Both the position numbers and the translations under genes were made by a program. Under the pieces are notes generated by a model, which worked only from the letters and a program-made list of their open reading frames with translations, did no database searches and was not told the origin of the DNA. Positions 12,017 through 25,879 of a stretch of DNA of 64,000 nucleotides are shown one piece after another; positions within the stretch are counted from its first letter, which is position 1; every line of letters begins with the position of its first letter. The stretch comes from Octopus sinensis (lineage: Eukaryota), in the NCBI RefSeq assembly GCF_006345805.1, contig NC_042998.1:148490001-148554000 (forward strand), given 5' to 3'.

Positions 12017-12560
12017 TGAATACTTGGTGAAATTGATTAATAATTAATTAATTTTACCCTCAATTGTTGAAATTATAATTCATTTCTCTCTGTTTAATGC
12101 TTCGGTTTTCACCGATAAAACATAGTGTTTGTCAATTTTAACCCACGCTGGTGGAAAGGGGAGAGCAGAAATTCTTCGCTTGCATATTTTGAATTTGATA
12201 GCACTTTTAGTTCGAGCGGAATTCTAGAGGTGATAAGAAGCCAAAAGGGTATGCTCCCACTTTCAGTGTTCCCAAATCCGAATCAAGGAGTTCTGAGCTG
12301 ACGAAAGAAATGTCGATTTGACTAATCTAGAAACGTACGTTCTCAAATAACCTTTGCACTTGATTTTTTAATGTTTTTTCCCCCATACCTTTGTGAGTTG
12401 ATTTGAGCAAACACTATCTGAGAGAGATCTTCTTTAAGTATTGGAAATAGCTAAAGAAATTTCTTTAGCTGCTATTTCTAATGAGTTCAGTATGTGGCAA
12501 AGTAATTTATTTTACTAAGCCCTTATATATAATGTAATATTTTGAATTCGCCTAAAATGA
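12012..12560. mobile_element. Interspersed repeat related to 42925-43281
   Basis: 12012-12070 is the reverse complement of 42925-42980; 12400-12560 matches the palindrome arm and its flank. Confidence 0.7.
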
Positions 12561-13515
12561 GTAGTGTACCCAATTATTCATACCCAAGTGCTAGTTATTG
12601 CATGGAAATCTCGCAATTGCGTATTACATATGGGCGGGGGTAAAAAGTAGTTTACCCTTGATTTATACAGAAAATAAGAAAACGGGCAGGATATAAAATC
12701 GACAGACATCAGCCAGTAAACATTCCTGTATATCTATTTATTCAAATATATTGGATGAATACACACACACACATGTATGGGTGGTACAGGTTCTCGTGTG
12801 GAAAAAGCTGGTAACTGCATAAACAAGGTTGTGAATACATATAAGCTTATAGAAACAAATGACCAATTGAACAAATGAGCAAATTGGCAAAAAAAACCGA
12901 ATGGGTGCGCAGATAGTAGTTCCATACGGCCGTTTCTGCCAAGAGGAAACAAAATATTCCAGGTTATCTCCTTCTCTTCAGTGTTATGCAGGGATGAATA
13001 GAAAAGGCTTCTTAAGAGGGTCTAAATGGTTGGGGGTGGGGTAACACATATAAAAATCAGTTGAGAATAGCTAAGGTGTGCTTGTCCTTTTAAATAGAGT
13101 AGAATAAGAATAAGAGTAAGAGCAAACACGAGAATGGAATTGGAGTCCATCATAGTACAGTGATGAGGGCATATCAAGGGGGAAATAAGGTGCATACTTT
13201 CCGTAATATATTATAAAATCCATGTTATTTCATCCAGTTGTAGGTAGGGTAATATAGTCGTTCTCAGGAGGAGTTTTTTCAGTAGGGCTAACTTTAGGCA
13301 GTAGTTCCCATTGTGCATCCATAGAGCTTTAGTGGTGGGTTTGATGGTATGGTGAGAGTTTATATGTAAAGAGCCAGTTAGTAGGTGTAGCATTGCAGAG
13401 AGTATGGCATAAGAGTGTATATATATATATATATATATTTGTGTGTATGTATGTATCTCTATGGATATGTATTTATATGTATGTACATATTTGCATGCAT
13501 ACATACATATTGTAC

Positions 13516-13547
<32 letters not shown>

Positions 13548-13549
<2 letters not shown>

Positions 13550-13685
13550 TTATTATATAGAAGGAGCTTCTACAGGACTAGAACTGTTTCATTCAAGAGA
13601 ATCTTCAGGAAGCTCACTGCTTCCTGAAGATTTCTCTTGAATGAAACAGTTCTAGTCCTGTAGAAGCTCCTTCTATATAATAAAT
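13548..13685. repeat. Near-perfect 138-bp palindrome (MITE-like hairpin)
   Basis: Arms 13548-13613 and 13619-13685 differ by one 1-nt bulge; loop TCACT; (TA)n context. Confidence 0.9.
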
Positions 13686-13756
13686 TAATTTTACTCTGCT
13701 ATGTATTGAGTACCTTATTTACTGTGGTTAACCCCGAATCAACCCGGGACCTACAT

Positions 13757-13832
<76 letters not shown>

Positions 13833-13880
13833 CACTTGATAATACAAATTCGGTGTGTGTTGCGTTCCATTACTTGATAA

Positions 13881-14686
13881 ATGAAAAAATTATAAAACAA
13901 ATGACATTTTTACTGAATGTAAAAACAAACGGGAGACAAACAGAAAGTTCATAACTCTTCTCTGTCATTCCCTTTCCTTGCTGTCTTTCTCTGCCGGCTG
14001 CTGTTACGTGACCAGCGGTCAGTTCCTCTTTTACTTCCTTTCTTAGACTTGTCCCTGAGCTGACCAGTCGCAAATTCTCCCACCCTGTCTCTTCTATTCT
14101 AGACTTGCTACTTGCTCTCGTTCTATCTCTCCCTCTTCTATTCCTAGCCTTTCTCATTCCTGTATTCCTAGCCTTACTCCTTCGCCTTCATCCACTCCCC
14201 CCTTCTTTATACTGTCGCTCCCTCTCCCTGCTGTCTTTCTCCTTTGTGTGCTGCTGTTACTTGACCAGCGGCCAGTTCCTCTTTTTCTTCCTTTCTTGGA
14301 TTTGTCCCTCAGCTGACTAGTCACAAATTCTGTCTCTCCGTTCTCCAACATTCAAAACATTTTCTAAGCGTTACCCACTATTCTCGTCATTTTGGTCCCT
14401 AGGCCATATTTTGTCCGGCTGTTTGCCCCCCTTCCATCGTCGTAGATCACACTCTGTGTCGTTTTGCTTGTTTGTTTCGTTTTGTTTGCTCTTGTTTCTA
14501 AATCTACGCAAGTAAACAACTTTTTTTGCGGGCAACGCCTATTGGGAAGCACTCACTCTTATCTTTAAAGGTTCGAAACGGAACAGTATCATTGGTCGAT
14601 AACTGATGAAGAATTATGGACTTTCTGTTTGTCTCCCGTTTGTTTTTACATTCAGTAAAAAGTCGTTTGTTTATGCACTTTTTCAT
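13881..14686. mobile_element. Non-autonomous TIR element with an internal direct repeat
   Basis: Inverted arms 13881-13960 / 14608-14686 with a ~42-bp perfect core; internal ~100-bp direct repeat at 13977-14075 / 14228-14332. Confidence 0.7.
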
Positions 14687-14707
14687 ATACATATGCATAT
14701 ATATTAT

Positions 14708-14797
<90 letters not shown>

Positions 14798-14979
14798 TGT
14801 ATGCATATATATATCTGCGTGCTTATAATATATATAATGTATATATATTTACATATATATACATCTATATATAATATATATGCACACGTAGATGTATATA
14901 CATACATCTGTATAAACAAATCTCTCTCTCTCACTCTCTGTCTCTCTCTGTCTGCCTGCCTGTTTGTCCGTCTCTCTCT

Positions 14980-15020
<41 letters not shown>

Positions 15021-15054
15021 CATACATATGTGTGCTTGTGTGTGTATAAAACAC

Positions 15055-16615
15055 AGACAAGCGAATGAACCGGTGGATTTCTTTGCCGCCTCACCTATAA
15101 CCAGCGAGGCAGTTACGATGGATTACATCGACATTAGTGAAGAAGATATACTACTAGCCATAGAGGAAGTGGGCGCAAACTCAACTACAGATTCTCTTCC
15201 AGTGCTTTCTTGCAAATGGCAGGCTGCCAAGCAAGCTGAAGGAAGGAATGATATGCCCAATCCATAAAGGAGGAAGCAGAGAAGATGCCAAAAATTATAG
15301 GCTTATTTCTCTGACTTTCCACATCAGCAAAGTCATGGAACGGATAGTCAGAGGGAAACTAATCGCATTCCTTGAATAAAGTGCCTTGCTGAGTGATACC
15401 CAGCATGGCTTTCGACCAAGTAGGAGCTGCCTGATCCAGCTCTTACAGCACTATGACAGGGCGTTACTCAACAATTCAAATGTAGACGTAAAAAGCTTTT
15501 GATAAAGTAGATCATGGTATGATATGCCACAAACTGCGTGATCTCGGCATAGCTGGAAAACTTGGAGAGTGGTTACGTGACTTTCTGAAAGATAGAAGTC
15601 AGGCAGTAGTGGCCAATGGAGCCACCTCCAAGAAACTCAAGTAGTGAGTGGTGTTACACACGGCGCTGTCTTGGGACAACTGCTTTTTATAGTGGCCCGC
15701 TCAGATATGCCCTCACCTGCCCGCAGAAAATACAGGACCCCAGTAATTTTGCACACTTGCAATCGGAGTTGGACTCAATTTATACATGGGCTGAGGACAA
15801 TAATATGCAGTTTAATGCTGGAAAATTCCAAGCTACCAGCGCCCAAAGCTGAAGATAAAACTTACAGGGTACACTGGCCTACAGAGGATTACAATCCCAG
15901 AGCTTAAGTCAGTGCGAGACCTGGGTATCGACATGAGTGATGATACCTCTTCCCACGTGCACATTACCAGGATGGCGACAAGGTGCAGACGACTGGCTGG
16001 CTGACTGGATCCTGAGAACATTCAGAACCAGAGAGAAGGAAACCATGGTGGTCCTCTGGAGGACATTCGTTCTCAACAGACTGGACTACTGCTCCCAGCT
16101 ATGGTCTCCTCATAATGTAAAATTAACTGCGAACCTTGAAATCCACCGAAGCTCCTCAAGGAAGATCGTCTAATCACAACAGCTCAGTAACTGGGATAGG
16201 CGGAAACAGCTACGACTCTACTCCTTGGAGCGAAGGCGGGAGAGATATGCAGTAATATGCATCTGGAAGGTCATGGAAGGCATTGTGTCAAATTTTGGCA
16301 TTGAGAGCTAAACAATATGCCACAACGGGTCACCACTGCAGTGTACCAAAGATCCCGCAATGTCATCACGCTTCAGGATCAGTTACTGAAGCAACATGGG
16401 TTTCAGGGGCCCAAAGCTTTTTAATATTCTTCTAAAGAACCTGAGGGACCTACAGAAAGTGGATGTAGGTGTTTTCAAATCAAAACTGAATCTCTTCTTC
16501 TCGAGAGTCCCAGATGAACCTACCTCGCAGCAAGAGATTCAAATGAGGGTAACGACATCAAACTTTGTTATTCACCAAATGTCACATGCAAGAGGAGGCT
16601 CTCAATAATAACAGT
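15055..16615 (+). mobile_element. CR1-like LINE remnant (RT and 3' region), 5'-truncated and degraded
   Basis: Across frameshifts: PIHKGGSREDAKNYRLISLT, QHGFRPSRSCLIQLL, KAFDKVDHG, VVSGVTHGAVLGQLLF, LNRLDYCSQLWSP, FRGPKLFNIL. Confidence 0.88.
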
Positions 16616-16631
16616 GTAGCAAAACTGATAA

Positions 16632-16673
<42 letters not shown>

Positions 16674-16676
<3 letters not shown>

Positions 16677-17070
16677 CGCAGGAGTGGCTGTGTGGTAAGT
16701 AGCTTGCTAACCAACCACATGGTTCCGGGTTCAGTCCCACTGCGTGGCACCTTGGGCAAGTGTCTTCTGCTATAGCCCCGGGCCGACCAATGCCTTGTGA
16801 GTGGATTTGGTAGACGGAAACTGAAAGAAGCCTGTCGTATATATGTATATATATATATATATGTATGTGTTTATGTGTCTGTGTTTGTCCCCCTAGCATT
16901 GCTTGACAACCGATGCTGGTGTGTTTACGTCCCCGTCACTTAGCGGTTCGGCAAAAGAGACCGATAGAATAAGTACTGGGGTTACAAAGAATAAGTCCCG
17001 GGGTCGATTTGCTCGACTAAAGGCGATGCTCCAGCATGGCCGCAGTCAAATGACTGAAACAAGTAAAGGA
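16674..17070 (+). mobile_element. SINE family B (tRNA head, CORE-like domain, internal (TA)n)
   Basis: AGGCGCAGGAGTGGCTGTGTGGTAAG...GGTTCAGTCCC...CCTTGGGCAAGTG; tail CCAGCATGGCCGCAGTCAAATGACTGAAACAAG. Confidence 0.92.
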
Positions 17071-17078
17071 GAGAAAGA

Positions 17079-17130
<52 letters not shown>

Positions 17131-17642
17131 ATGCGTGCGTCTGTGTGTAAGACCTATTTATAGATGTTCTGAAATCTTTATAGTCTTGGATCTTTATATC
17201 ATTCTGTAACTCTATATATGTATATATATATATGTATGTATGTGTGTGTACGAATCTAAAGGTATGTATACATATAGATAGATAAATAAATATATTTATA
17301 TGGATACATATGCATGTATGTTTGTATGTATGAATTTATGCGTATACTATTCAATAAATATTACAAGCAAATAGTAGATATAAAAATATGCAGATAAATA
17401 GATGGATAAATAGTCAGACATGCAGACATAGATAAATAGATAGATAGATATATAGATAGATAGATACATACATACATACATACATACATACATACATACA
17501 TACATACATACATACATACATACATACATACATACATACATAATAAAACATACACAAGTAGATGCAGAAAGAAACAATCAAAGTGTAAAATAAACAACAC
17601 GAAAAATAGAAGGATAGTCAGTAAGAAAAGTACAGAGGGACC

Positions 17643-17681
<39 letters not shown>

Positions 17682-18441
17682 GGAGTAAAAGAGGGAGAGA
17701 CAAAGAGAATAAGGGAGAGAGAGGGCCAGAGAAACAAAAGATAAATAGAGAGATAAACGGATACGTACATATATTACGAGATAAATGAACAGATGTAGAG
17801 ATAGATAGAGGTAGACGTTTGGTTTATATGTACTATTAAAAGATAAAACGACGCATAACTCTGAGTATATAGTGAAACGGATAGTATTTGACTCTGTTGT
17901 GGGCATACAATATCATCTGAAGTATTACACGCATATACATAGTGTGTATACGGCTGTCATTGTGTTTGGATAAGTGTGTGATGTGCGTGTTTCTGTAAAA
18001 ATGAAATAATTCAACGGATTTTTAACAACATAAATATGTATATGTATGTATGTTTGTATATAAGTAGGAATATATATTTGTGTGTCTGTATGTGTGTGTG
18101 TGTGTATGGTGTGTAAAAGCGCACCTTTTTGCCTGTCTAATGAAGTGTCACTCAAGTGTCTAAAACCGCAAATATTTTGTAAATCTTCACTTCCAACTTT
18201 TACGTAATTTAACGTTGCAAGCAGAGTTGGTATAGAAACAAATGTACAGAAACAATTGTAACTGATGTGTTAAAGTGTAAAGTAAACTGATGTGTAAAGT
18301 ATGTGTATATATATATATATACATATAGATATAGTTCAAAATTGTACAAAGAAATAAAGAAAAACAAAGTAGAAGAGAAAGACAAGTAAGGGAACCACAA
18401 AGTAAGTGTATTAGCTTGGCGCTAAGGAAAAATAGAAGAGT

Positions 18442-18477
18442 CTTTGACGTTTCGAGCCAACGCTCATCTACAGAAAG
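18442..18477 (-). ncRNA. Degenerate minimal PLE-type hammerhead motif
   Basis: Minus strand reads CTTT-CTGTAGA-T-GAGC-gttg-GCTC-GAAA-CG-TC-AAAG. Core A6 is changed to T. Confidence 0.45.
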
Positions 18478-18598
18478 GAGTGAGGTGAGGAAACAGATAG
18501 AGAGAAAAAGAAGCAAAAAAGAAAACAAAAAAACAAAAAAACAAAAGACAAAAACAAAGTGAAACAACAAAACAAACTTGTCTGGATTAACGGTGGCA

Positions 18599-18634
<36 letters not shown>

Positions 18635-18949
18635 GATAGACAGACACACACACACGCGCACACACATACATGCATCACAGAGAAGGAGTATTAGAGAAAT
18701 CCATACGAAGATAAATATGTAGGCTGACAGAAAACAACCAGTAACGTTGATATACGAAGAGATAAAGATAGCTAGATTGTTAGATACACAGATAGATAGA
18801 GTAATAGATAGAGAGATAGATATGTAGATAAAACGAGAAAGATGTAGATAGACAAACGTACAAGCAAAGAAATGGATAAGTACATACACAAACAAATAGA
18901 TACATACATAGACAGGTAAATAGCTAGCTATATAAATACCTACTAAGAT

Positions 18950-18953
18950 AGAC

Positions 18954-18998
<45 letters not shown>

Positions 18999-19899
18999 TA
19001 GATAGATAGATAGATAGATAGGTGGATGGGTGGATAGGCATATAAATAGATAGGGAAATAGAGAAATAGTGAAAAAAATTGGTCGTCAGATGGTTAATCG
19101 TGCAGAAAATGCTTTAGATTTTGTTTTTTCTTTCTTCCTTCATTTTATTTTCTCGTTTATTCAAATTTTCTTTCATTGTTTTTCTTTATGATCATATATA
19201 TATATCATATACATACGTATACAACATAGTATATATACATATATATGTATATATACACACATATATATATGTACATAAAATATTATATATATATATATAT
19301 TATATATATATTATATATATACATATGTATATATACATATTTTTGGTTCAAATGTACATATATAATGTGTGTGCTTGTATGTATGTTTGTACATATATAT
19401 ATATATATATATGTGTATGTGTGTGTGTGTCTATCTACCTATGTAAATGCATATATACATCTATATCTCTACCTATCCATCCTTATATAAGTATGTATGT
19501 ATAAGCACATGCATATGTCTAAATATGTCTGTGTGAGCATTCTTTATAGACATATATGCATCATGTGTAGACACTCACCACTCCACACACACACACGTAT
19601 AAATTTATATTTACCATATATATATATATATATATATATACTATATATGCATACAAAATTACACGCGTATCTATATATATACAATATATATGTTATTGTG
19701 TACCTATGTGTATGACTACGTATATATGTATGTAAATGCACTTACGTATATACACGAATGTAGGCTTTCTTTGAGTGCCTGTGTGTGCGCGTGTATATAC
19801 ATACATATGTATATATATATATATATATGTGTGTGTATGCATATGTATGTGTACATACGTATATATATATATCTATATATATGTATGTTGTACACATGT

Positions 19900-19950
<51 letters not shown>

Positions 19951-19953
19951 ATA

Positions 19954-19985
<32 letters not shown>

Positions 19986-20301
19986 CTATATATATATATA
20001 TATATATAGTATATATTATAATATTATATGTTGTGTGTGTGTGTATACATACATACGTACGTAGATTTGCTATATAGGTTTCGGGTTTAACCGTTAACAC
20101 ATACAAAAAAAACGAAAATACACAAAATAAAAAAGTAAAGCGAATGGAAATACGGCGAACGTTATTGACCGAAAAGTAAGAAAAAAACCCAGCAAAATAT
20201 ATCTAAAATATATAAAACAGTGATATGTTGGAAAGGAAAAAAGGAAAAGCGTAAAATAACACACATATATGCTTACATACATACATACATACATACATAA
20301 A

Positions 20302-20352
<51 letters not shown>

Positions 20353-20420
20353 TTAACATATATATAAACCTATATATAATATATATATATATAATATATA
20401 TATGAGAACGATAAATATAT
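18950..20420. repeat. Compound (GATA)/(TA)/(TG)/(CATA) microsatellite field
   Basis: Directly visible. Confidence 0.95.
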
Positions 20421-20439
20421 AAAAACGGTAAAAAAATAG

Positions 20440-20776
20440 CTTCCACCACCACCACCGCCACCGCCACCGCCGCTGCCGCGTCGTTGCTTCCGCAGCCATC
20501 TCCGCTAACCTCGTCAGTACCGCTGAGACGCCATCACTATAAGCATCATGGCCGCCTGTCGATTATCGGTATCTCCTTCATCAGCAACGCCGTCCTCGCC
20601 TACACCCTCCACTCACCGTCACCCTTGCTTTCGCCTCCTCCGTCCGTCGCCATTTTTCTATCGCCTACACCGCTACCGTAATAATAATAATAACAACAAT
20701 AATGGCGACAACCATACGAAGAAGAAGAAGAAGAAGAAGAACAACAACAACAACAACAACAACGATAACAACAACG

Positions 20777-20810
<34 letters not shown>

Positions 20811-21540
20811 CAACAACAACAACAGCGACAACAGAAGAAAAATAATGATCAGTATTAACATCACTGCTATATTTTTCCACTATCTCTTCCTTACCATTGC
20901 TGCCGCCATCATAATCACCAATAGTCCGACGATCAAAATGACGATGACGACGACCAAAGCATCAACAGCATCACTATCACCATCATCATTCCCACCAGCA
21001 ACAGCATAACGACCATCACTATCACCACTACACTGCCGCCGCCACCAGTAGCAAGAACAACAACAACAACAATGACATCATCACCAACTCCACCTCTGTT
21101 GTCGACGTCTACATTTCACACCAAACCACCGCGCCGCCAAAACCACCACCACCACCACCACCACCACCACCACCGCCGCCGCCAGCATACCACTAAACCT
21201 ACTGTTATTGCCTAATACACCCCTATATTATCCACATTACCATCTATACCTCGACCATCTCCTCCACATCCACCGTTACAACCGTCGCCACCAACATCAT
21301 CAACACCACACAATGCTTCGCCGTCACCTCCATTCCAACGGACAATAAGAACGCTGCCGCTTCCATCAAACCCACCAACGCTACCACCACCACCACCACC
21401 ACCACTACTACCGCAAACAATGAACGATCTCCACCACAACTCTTCCGTCCTCCCCCATTACCACTGTCACCTCCACCACCTCAACCACCACTGCCATTGC
21501 TATTACCGCCACCACTAACACCACCGTCTTCATACCTACA
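20440..21540. repeat. C-rich cryptic trinucleotide field (CAC/CGC/AAC/AAT/GAA)
   Basis: Directly visible. Confidence 0.92.
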
Positions 21541-21633
21541 CGACTACATGGTTTGAGTAGATCATCGATCGATAAGAAAACAGAGAAGAATGGAATTGTA
21601 AGACGTAATATAAACAAGAACGGACAGAGATGG

Positions 21634-21667
<34 letters not shown>

Positions 21668-21975
21668 CAGAAGAGAGAGAAAAAGGGAGAGAGAGACAGA
21701 GAGAGTGAGAGATAAAGAGAGAGAAGGTGAGAGAGAAAGAACCAGTGATAAAGGGGAAGCGGGCATAGAAATTGGCAGTGTTCGTGAATGAGATACACTG
21801 TGTAAGAATACGATGTCGAAAAGAACAGACATACAAGAACACATATATAGACATGCACATACATACGCACATGTATGTATGTTTATATACATAAGTACAC
21901 ATACATACATACATACAAATATATGTGCATACACATACTTATAGACATATATATATATATATATATACATATACA

Positions 21976-22207
21976 TATTTCTTTACTACCCACAAGGGGC
22001 TAAACACAGAGGGGACAAACAAGGACAGACAAAGCGATTAAGTCGATTCCATCGACCCAGTGCGTAACTGGTACTTAATTTATCGACCCCGAAAGGATGA
22101 AAGGCAAAGTCAACCTCGGCGGAATTTGAACTCAGAACGTAGCGGCAGACGAAATACGGCTACGCATTTCGCCCGGCGTGCTACCATTTCTGCCAGCTCG
22201 CCGCCTT
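21976..22207 (-). mobile_element. SINE family A copy with a Tx1-like tail
   Basis: Family A head and core; tail CCTTGTTTGTCCCCTCTGTGTTTAGCCCCTTGTGGGTAGTAAAGAAATA. Confidence 0.92.
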
Positions 22208-22288
22208 TTTTTTTTCTAGTAGCCAAATGCCTCATCCATTAGTGAATAAAAGCATCAAAATACACCACAACACACACACACACACACA

Positions 22289-22319
<31 letters not shown>

Positions 22320-22503
22320 CTATATATATATATATATTATAATATATATATAATTATATATATATATATATATATTATACATGCACACGCAAATAAGAAA
22401 AAAGTACTCAATACAGAGGATGTGTGTAAATATTTATTACAGTTCTGAATTTACTCTCTCTTAAGTTTCATGATTCCTTGCCATCATGCAAATGACCAGA
22501 CTG

Positions 22504-22538
<35 letters not shown>

Positions 22539-22668
22539 ACACACACACAACACACAAAGACACAGACACACAACGACACACCGACACACATATTTAATAG
22601 ATATACATATACAGAGATATACATTAATATATGTATGTGTTTTGTTGATATAAATACATATATATATA

Positions 22669-22895
22669 TATTTCTTTACTGCTCACAAGGGGCTAAACAT
22701 AGAGGAGTCAAACAAGGACAGGCAAAGGGATTAAGTCGATTACATCGACCACAGTGCGAAAGGATGAAAGGCAAATACCCCGAAAGGATGAAAGGCTAAG
22801 TCAACCTCGGCGGAATTTGAACTCAGAACGTAACGGCAGACGAAATACAGCTACGCATTTCGCCCGGCGTGCTAACGTTTCTGCCAGCTAGCCTT
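22669..22895 (-). mobile_element. SINE family A copy with a Tx1-like tail and an internal duplication
   Basis: Same tail type as 21976-22207; CGAAAGGATGAAAGGC is duplicated. Confidence 0.9.
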
Positions 22896-22956
22896 ATATA
22901 TATATATATATATACACACACACAAATGTATATATATATATATATATATATATATC

Positions 22957-22993
<37 letters not shown>

Positions 22994-23299
22994 AATGTAT
23001 AGATATATATATACACACACACAAATGTATATATATATATATATATATACACCGTTATGGTTAGAAGCAAAAGAAGCCAGCATTCTATACATACTGTAAA
23101 GGTTATATTAGAAAACATTTGTTGAACCTTTCCATTGTTACTGAAAACTTCGTCCGGGTAAAATATAAAATGTAATCGTTCATTGCGAATAAGGTTTTTT
23201 ACTAAAATCATTAGTGAGTTCGATTCTCATCTGTCATGCACGAGTTGCAGGATGACGGATTCTGGACTGCTATAGAGTAAAGGGAAAACATCATGTTCA

Positions 23300-25450
23300 A
23301 GTTTGTCTATATGAAGGCAGCTCTTCCGCGGGTTCTTTAAAACCTGTCTCTGACGAAATTGTTTGTCACTCCGGATCGGGAAGTTGTAATGAGGGAAACT
23401 CGCCCGATAACAAGCGGAAAATACCTATGACTTTCGGTTAAGTGATAAAGCTGGCTACATTAACACCTAAAATTTTCCGCTTGACAAAGCTAGTTCATTT
23501 GTTATACAATGAAGTGTGGAATAGCTTTATTTCACTCACCCTCTCTTATTGGGAAGAGTTCAGAATTTTGATGCTTTTAGTTTCCTTACGAATTGTGACA
23601 CTGATATAAAGTGGTCTATAGTCCTTGATCTAATTGAGTACAACTGCTGATAGTGAATTTGAAAGTGCTTTCAGTGACTCCTACCTAATTACTTTTAACA
23701 CTTTTTACGGATGCTCGATATATAACTCCTTTGGATAGATAGAATATCCTGAGTGTGCAAACAGAAGGATTTCGACAGCTACGGTTTGAATCTTGTGATA
23801 TGACAGTGTGTGTTACTTTGTTGATAGTGTTTTCTGGAAAGCATTGCTATCCAGATAAGACTAACTGACATTAACTTTGAGTGTACTGAATGCTTATTGG
23901 ACTTGTATGTTGATAGGAAGTGTAATCTTACAACAGCTATAGACTCCATAGTTATGTTTGTACTAACGTTCACGTGATATGGGGGATTAAATGAAATTAC
24001 ATTCTCTCACTGGTTATGTTCTGATGATGGATCGTTCTCCATGTATGCTTCCTTCTCATTGAAACTAGTTCTAGCTAGAACATCATTGTAACAGACAGCA
24101 CTCCCGTTGAAGATGTCCTGGTCTGAGGATTGGTCAGAGACGTTCTTACTTATTCCCGCTACGGGAGATTTAATTATGTTTGGAGGTGGTTAGAATTTTT
24201 ATCGATGTTTATATTGTTATGTTTTGCCCTTTTGAAAGAGTGGAGTTTGATTTATGAAAATGTTATACTTCCTAATATGGCTATCGCTATGTAAGTGCTG
24301 ATAGTTATATTTAAGTCAGAATCCATACTAAATCAATTAGAAATCTTTCCATAACGTGACCATTTTTCTTGTATGAAATTACTAAACTACCTGTACAATC
24401 TAAACTTGTAGAATTGTCCGTGTCTATCAACGATAGACAATCCCACAATTCCATTATCTTAGCTACCTCCTTACTCCCATGGCCTCGACAAAGTATAGAT
24501 TTATCATATGCTTTGACCTAATAAGAATCATCATGGTGTGTCATTAAGTGGCTGGTATTAATTATTATTTCTGTTGTCTAGATAACTAATTGTACTGAAA
24601 TCTAGCGATTTCAGGGGTACACATTTAGAATACAGATGGATAAAGTATTACAAATTTGAAGTGGGTGAATCTGGAAAATAATTTGTCTCAATGTTTTGAA
24701 ACCAATTAAATATGATGGCGGCGGAGTTCCATCGTACTACTCACGTGGTGTTTCTAATTTTAGAGCGTGATAATGTTAAGAATGCTCTCACTAGCAATTT
24801 CCAATTCACTTTTGGAAGAATTATTTAACCTGTATTTGAGGGTTGAAGTGGAAACTCTCCTTAAGATCTTTAAGCGTAACGTAAGATGCAACAGCTCACA
24901 CAAATTTTCTAATTTCACTTGGAAAGTAGTTCTATAGTTCTTTTGCAACTATGTTTATGGTACTCTTTGAAGTAAATGAATGCTTTTTGCCTATGTTTAG
25001 TGATGTTGTTTGTCTGGAGTTTAAAGTACGTAGTGATGTTTGGTTCGCCTATACTTTTTGCTTTATCTGCAAGTATTTTAACGGGTTGTTTGAAGAAATT
25101 AGTGTTCTTTCCAAATAAATATTTACCAATTTCATAAGGTCGGATTCGAAGTTTTTGAGGTCCTTAACTATATATATAAAAAAGAGTGTTTTGAATCTGT
25201 ACTTGTCTACCAATATCCCAGTTTATTTCTCTTCGAAGGTCTTATAAGAAATGTAATTGATTACACTTTCCATTTTCGATGAGAACATTGCAATTACCGT
25301 ATTTGATTGTATAACAGACACACGAGCATATTAAACTCATAACAAATTTAGCTGTGCATATTCAGGAAAAAAGCTTCAAGTTCAGTAACCTATATAATAT
25401 AGGTTCAATTTCGCATTTAGGACCCGAGGGGATTTTTTTTATTTTAGATA
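23300..25450 (-). mobile_element. Old, heavily degraded Penelope-like element (RT plus GIY-YIG), same clade as 30141-31930
   Basis: Minus strand across frameshifts: DLKNFESDL; YVTLKDLKESFHFNP; YRLNNSSKSEL; RWNSAAIIFNWFQNIE..FVILYPS; FRLYR; NSNHLQT..GISKNVSDQSSDQDIFN; NVISFNPPYHVNVSTNI; CRNPSVCTL..GVIYRASV..VGVTESTFK. Confidence 0.8.
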
Positions 25451-25879
25451 TTTTTTGTAAAAACAGCTTGGCCCATATAACATGAAATACAACATATAGT
25501 CTTTCAAAGAATAATAGAAAAGCGTTTCTCAATTTTTCTTTGTTTAACGTTAGCATGTAGAAAATAAGCAGGTTTATGAACCTTATGTAGGTAAGAACGA
25601 GTATATATTTATAATTAGAAACGAAGGAAAAGAGGCTTCAATGCATATGGTAGAGTTTATAATTATTGTAAAAATGCTAATTCATTCTATTCTTTTTTTC
25701 TTTTAATTCTGAGTTTCAAAGTAGTCAATAATACTAGGCCCGTAAAAAAATTGGTAGGTAGACTCACATTTTGCCGTATGGTCAGGAAATGCTCTACAGT
25801 GGGGTAAAGGGAAACTACTCTGCTGAAAGCTGTGGTCATAAAGTTATTGATATATAACTGAATTTGCGACGATGACCCT

